Shown: piece after piece, positions 59,487-64,000 of the stretch | Layout: each line of letters starts with the position of its first letter | Numbering within the stretch: position 1 is the first letter of the stretch | Source of the DNA: Squalus acanthias | Lineage: Eukaryota | Assembly: GCA_030390025.1 (NCBI GenBank) | Contig: JASTWF010000033.1 | Coordinates: forward strand, 4,218,001 to 4,282,000 | Reading direction: 5' to 3' | Length of the DNA: 64,000 nucleotides | Notes under the pieces: generated by a model | Told to the model about the DNA's origin: nothing | Seen by the model: only the letters and a program-made list of their open reading frames with translations | Databases searched by the model: none | Program-made: the position numbers and the translations under genes

Positions 59487-62240
59487 ATAGTAATTTACAA
59501 TGCAATAGCAAATTGCAGTGGAATATCACCTTGCAATATGAACGTCATTTAAAATGCAATAGCACAATGCAGTGAAATATCACTTTACAAAATAATAGTC
59601 ATTTGCAATGCAATAAAACATTGCAATGAAATATCGATTTGCAATATGATCGTCATTTGCAATTCAATAGAAAATTGAAATCGAATATCAGTTTGCAACA
59701 GAGTCGTCATTTGCAACGTAATAGCACATTGCAATGGAATATCGTTTTGCAATATAACCATCATTTGCAATGCAATAGAACATTGCAATGGAATATCACT
59801 ATGCAACATGATTGTCATTTGCACTGCGAAAGAACATTGCAATGGAATATTAATTTGCAATATAATCGTCATTTGCAAAGCAACAGCACATTCTAATGCA
59901 ATGTCGCTTTACAAAGTAATAGTCATTTGCAATGCAATAGCACATTGCAATGGAATATCCCTTTGTAACATTATAGTCATGTCCAAGGCCATAGAACATT
60001 GCAATGGAATATTCATTTGGAATAAAATTGTCATTTGCAATGCAATAGAACTTTGCAATGCGATATCAATTTCCAATACAATTATCATTTGCAATGCAAT
60101 AGCATATTGCACTGGAATATCACTATGCAATATGACTGTCAGTTGCACTGCAATAGTACATTGCAATGGAATATCACTTTGTAATAAAATAATCACTTGC
60201 AATGCAATACAACATTGCAATATTATATTACTTTGCAATAAAATATTCATTTGCAATGCAATAGCACATTGCAATAGAATATCGCTTTGCAATATGATAG
60301 GCATTTGCAAAGCAATAGAACATTGATATGGAATTACAGTTTGCAATATAATTGCCATTTGCAATGCAATAGAACATTGCAAATTTACCCCATTGAAATA
60401 TAATCGTCATTGGCAATGCAATAGAACATTGCAATGTAATATCACTTTGCAATATAATTGTCATTTGCAATGCAATAGCACATTCTAATGCAATGTCGCT
60501 TTGCAATATGGTGGTCATTATCTAAGCAATAGCAAAATGAAATGGAATATCACGTTGTAATATAATAGTCATTTGCAATGCAATAGAACATTACAATGCA
60601 ATATCAATTTGCAATTTAATAGTCATTTCCAGGGCAAAAAAACAATGCAATGCGATATCACTTTGCAATATAATAGTCATTTGCAACGCAATAGCATATT
60701 GCAATGGATTATCACTTTACAATATGATTGTCATTTGCAATGCAATAGCACATTGCAATGGAATATCATTTTGCAATATAATTGTCACTTGCAATGCAAA
60801 AAAACTTTGCAATGGCTTTTACTTTGCAATACAATAGTCATTTGCAATGCAATATCACATTGCAATGAAATATCGCTTTTGCAATATGATCGTCATTTGC
60901 AATATAATAGACATTGCAATGGAATATTACTTTGCAATAAAATCGTTATTTGCAAAGCAATAGCACATTGTAATGCAATTTCGCTTTGCTATATAATAGT
61001 CATTTGCAATGCAATAGAACATTACAATGCAATATCAATTTGCAATTTAATAGTCATTTCCAGGGCAAAAAAACAATGCAATGCGATATCACTTTGCAAT
61101 ATAATAGTCATTTGCAACGCAATAGCATATTGCAATGGATTATCACTTTGCAATATGATTGTCATTTGCAATGCAATAGCACATTGCAATGGAATATCAC
61201 TTTGCAATATAATTGTCACTTGCAATGCAAAAAAACTTTGCAATGGCTTTTACTTTGCAATACAATAGTCATTTGCAATGCAATAGCACATTGCAATGAA
61301 ATATCGCTTTTGCAATATGATCGTCATTTGCAATACAATAGACATTTCAATGGAATATTACTTTGCAATAAAATCGTTATTTGCAAAGCAATAGCACATT
61401 GTAATGCAATTTCGCTTTGCAATATAATAGTCATTTGCAATGAAATAGCACATTGCAATGGAATATAACTTTGTAATATTATAGTCAATTCCAAGGCAAT
61501 AGGACATTGCAATGCAATATCACTTTACAATCTAATAGTCATTTCCAAGGTAATAGAACAATGTAACTTTGCAATAAACTGTCATTTGCAATGCAATAGC
61601 ACTTTGCAATGGAATATCACTTTGCAATATAATTGTCTGTTGAAATGCAATAGCACATTGTAATGATATGTCACAATGCAATAGAATAGGCATTTGCATT
61701 GCAATAGCACTTTGCAATGGAATTTTAGTTTGCAAAGTAATAGTCATTTGAAATGCATTAGAAGATTACAATGTAATATCACTTAACAGCATAGTAGTTA
61801 TTTATAATGCAATAGCACATTCGAATGAAATGTCGCTTTGCAATATAATCGTCAGTTGCAATGCAACATAACAATGCAATGGAATATCACTTTGCATTAT
61901 AATAGTCATTTTACAATGCAATAGCAAATTGCAACGGAATATAAAGTTGCAACATAATAGTCAGTTGCAATGCAATATCACATTGTAATTGAATATCGCT
62001 TTAAAATGAAATCATAATTGGCAGTGCAATAGCATATTGTAATGGAATATCAATTTGGAATATAATCATCAGTTGCAATGCAATAAAACATTGCAATCGA
62101 ATATCACTTTGCTATATAATAGTCATTTGTAATGCAACAGAGCATTGCAATGGAATATCACACCAATATAATTATCATTTGCAATGCAATCGAAAATTAC
62201 AATGGACTAACACTTTGCAATATAATAGTTATATTGCAAA
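59487..62240. repeat. 54-bp TTGCAAT satellite (right block)
   Basis: Same monomer as the left block. Contains a near-identical 431-bp (about 8 monomer) duplication, marker CAGGGCAAAAAAAC at ~60630 and ~61061. Confidence 0.95.
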
Positions 62241-62241
62241 T

Positions 62242-64000
62242 GACTCACCGGCAGCAGCAGCGAGAGCGGCCCTGGGTGGAGACTGAGCGCAGAGACCGAG
62301 GAATTAAGCACTGGGGTGAGAGAGAGCAGCCCAGACTCACCCGCAGCAGCAGCGAGAAAAGCCCTGGGTGGAGACCAGGATTTAAGGAACGGGGAGAGAG
62401 ACAGCGGCCGAGACTCCCGGTGGCAGCAGCGAGAGCGGCCCTTGGTGGAGACTGAGCGCAGAGTCCGAAGATTTAAGGAGTGCGGAGAGAGAGAAGTAAA
62501 TAGTAATCGAAGTGTGACGTCACCAGAAAGCAGGTAAATGATTGGTTGGTGAGCATTTATCTCTTTGTCGCTTTTTTCCAAACTTAAATTTGGTGGTTTC
62601 TAGTTTCTAGGGTCTCTGTTGTGTAGCGGGGAGTGCGAGTGAAAAAGGGCCCTTGAGTATATCATTTAATTGTTGTGTAATTAGTGGTATTGATTTGATT
62701 TAATTTAATTTGAATTAATTAAAGGGTAATTCAAGGCAGCACAGCTCGGCCCCTGGCATGCTCCTCCTGCACTATGTGGGAAATCAGGGACACTTCCTTG
62801 ACTCTGACGACCATGTGTGCGGGAAGTGTATCCAGCTGCAGCTACTTGCAGACCGCATAGCGGCGCTGGAGCTGCGAATGGATACATATTGGAGCATTGG
62901 CTATTCTGAGGACATCGTGGATAGCACGATTAGGGAGTTGGCCACACTGCAGGTAAAGGCTGCACAGGCAGGAAGAGAATGGGTGAACGCCAGGCAGAGC
63001 ACTAGACTCGGCAGGTAGTGCAGGGGTCCCCTGTGGTCATCCCCCTCTCAAACAGTTATACCACTTGGATATTGTGGGGGGAGACGTTTTATCCGGGGAA
63101 GGCAGCAGTAGCCAGCTTTCTGGCACCATGGATGATTCTACTGCACAGGACGGGAGGAAAAACAGCGGGGGAGCTATAGTGATAGAGGATTCTATTGTAA
63201 GGGTAATCGATAGGCGTTTCTGCGGCCGCAAACGAGACTCCAGCATGGATAGTTGCCTCCCTGGTGCAAGGGTCAAGGTGTCTCAGAGCGGCTGCAGGGA
63301 ATTCTGGAGGGGGATGCTGAACAGCCAGCTGTCGTGGTGCATATAGGTATCAACGATATAGGTAAAAAACGGGTTGAGGTCCTAAAAGCTGAATATAGGA
63401 AATTAGCAGGTAAATTAAAACATAGGTCCTTAAAGGTAGTAATCTCAGTATTGCTAGAAGCGCCACGTGCTCGTCAGAGAAGAAATAGAAGGATATTTCA
63501 GATGAATACGTGGCTAGAGGAATGGTGCAAGGGGGAGTGATTCAAATTCCTGGGACATTGGAACCGGTTCTGTGGGAGGTGGGACCAGTACAAACTGGAC
63601 GGTTTGCACCTGGGCAGGACTGGGACCGATGTCCTAGGGGGAGTGTTTGCTAGTGCTGTTGGGGAGTGTTTAAACTAAAATGGCAGGTGGTTGGGAACCT
63701 GTGCAGGGAGACAGAGAAAAGGGAAGCAAGGATAGAAGCAAAAGACAGGAAGGCGAAAAGCAGAAGTGAAAGGCAAAGAAATGAAGTGTGTAAATCAAAC
63801 AAGGCCACAGTAAATAATAATCCCAAAAGGACTCCGAGTTCTAAAAAAACAAGCCTGAAGGCTTTGTGAGTTAATACGAGGAGAATTTGTAATATGGTGG
63901 ATGAATAAGCTGCGCAATTAGATATACATGGATATGATATAATTGGGATTGCGGATACATTGCTCCAGCGTGACCAAGGGTGGGAATTTAACATCCAGGG
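62242..64000 (+). mobile_element. CR1 LINE 5' end: repeated 5' UTR, ORF1 (Cys/His finger, coiled coil, esterase) and ORF2 start; pseudogenised, runs off window
   Basis: CSSCTMW..HVCGKCIQLQLLADRIAALELR, IEDSIVRVIDRRFCG, CLPGAR, VVVHIGINDIG. ORF2-like LKAL.VNTRRI..GYDIIGI near 63850-63960. Contains stops and frameshifts. Confidence 0.88.

Noticed and set aside
56353..61747. Cys-rich periodic ORFs (LCNIIVICNAIAHCNGIS)
   Set aside because: Satellite translations on both strands with frequent stops.

Overview
Eukaryotic, repeat-dominated vertebrate DNA. The repeat complement (CR1, L2, RTE and Penelope-like retroelements) and the GPCR type suggest a cartilaginous fish (inference). Order of features: a 16-kb 22-bp satellite with higher-order repeats (1-15973); a 200-N gap; a 10-kb G-rich 29-bp satellite (16174-26424); a nested field of decayed retroelements holding the only credible gene, a two-exon minus-strand class A orphan GPCR (GPR139/GPR142-like, 348 aa; exon 1 41680-41746, exon 2 31243-32222); an 18-bp minisatellite; more LINEs within a GA-rich cryptic macro-repeat; a 54-bp (3x18) TTGCAA satellite interrupted by a probable solo LTR; and the 5' end of a CR1. 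Almost all ORFs in the track are translations of repeats or LINE pseudogene fragments. The most unusual observation is a Penelope-type terminal fragment with a partial hammerhead-ribozyme motif, inserted in the 22-bp satellite and duplicated with it. A homologous copy lies on a Penelope-like relic in the GPCR intron. I found no intact novel multi-gene system.
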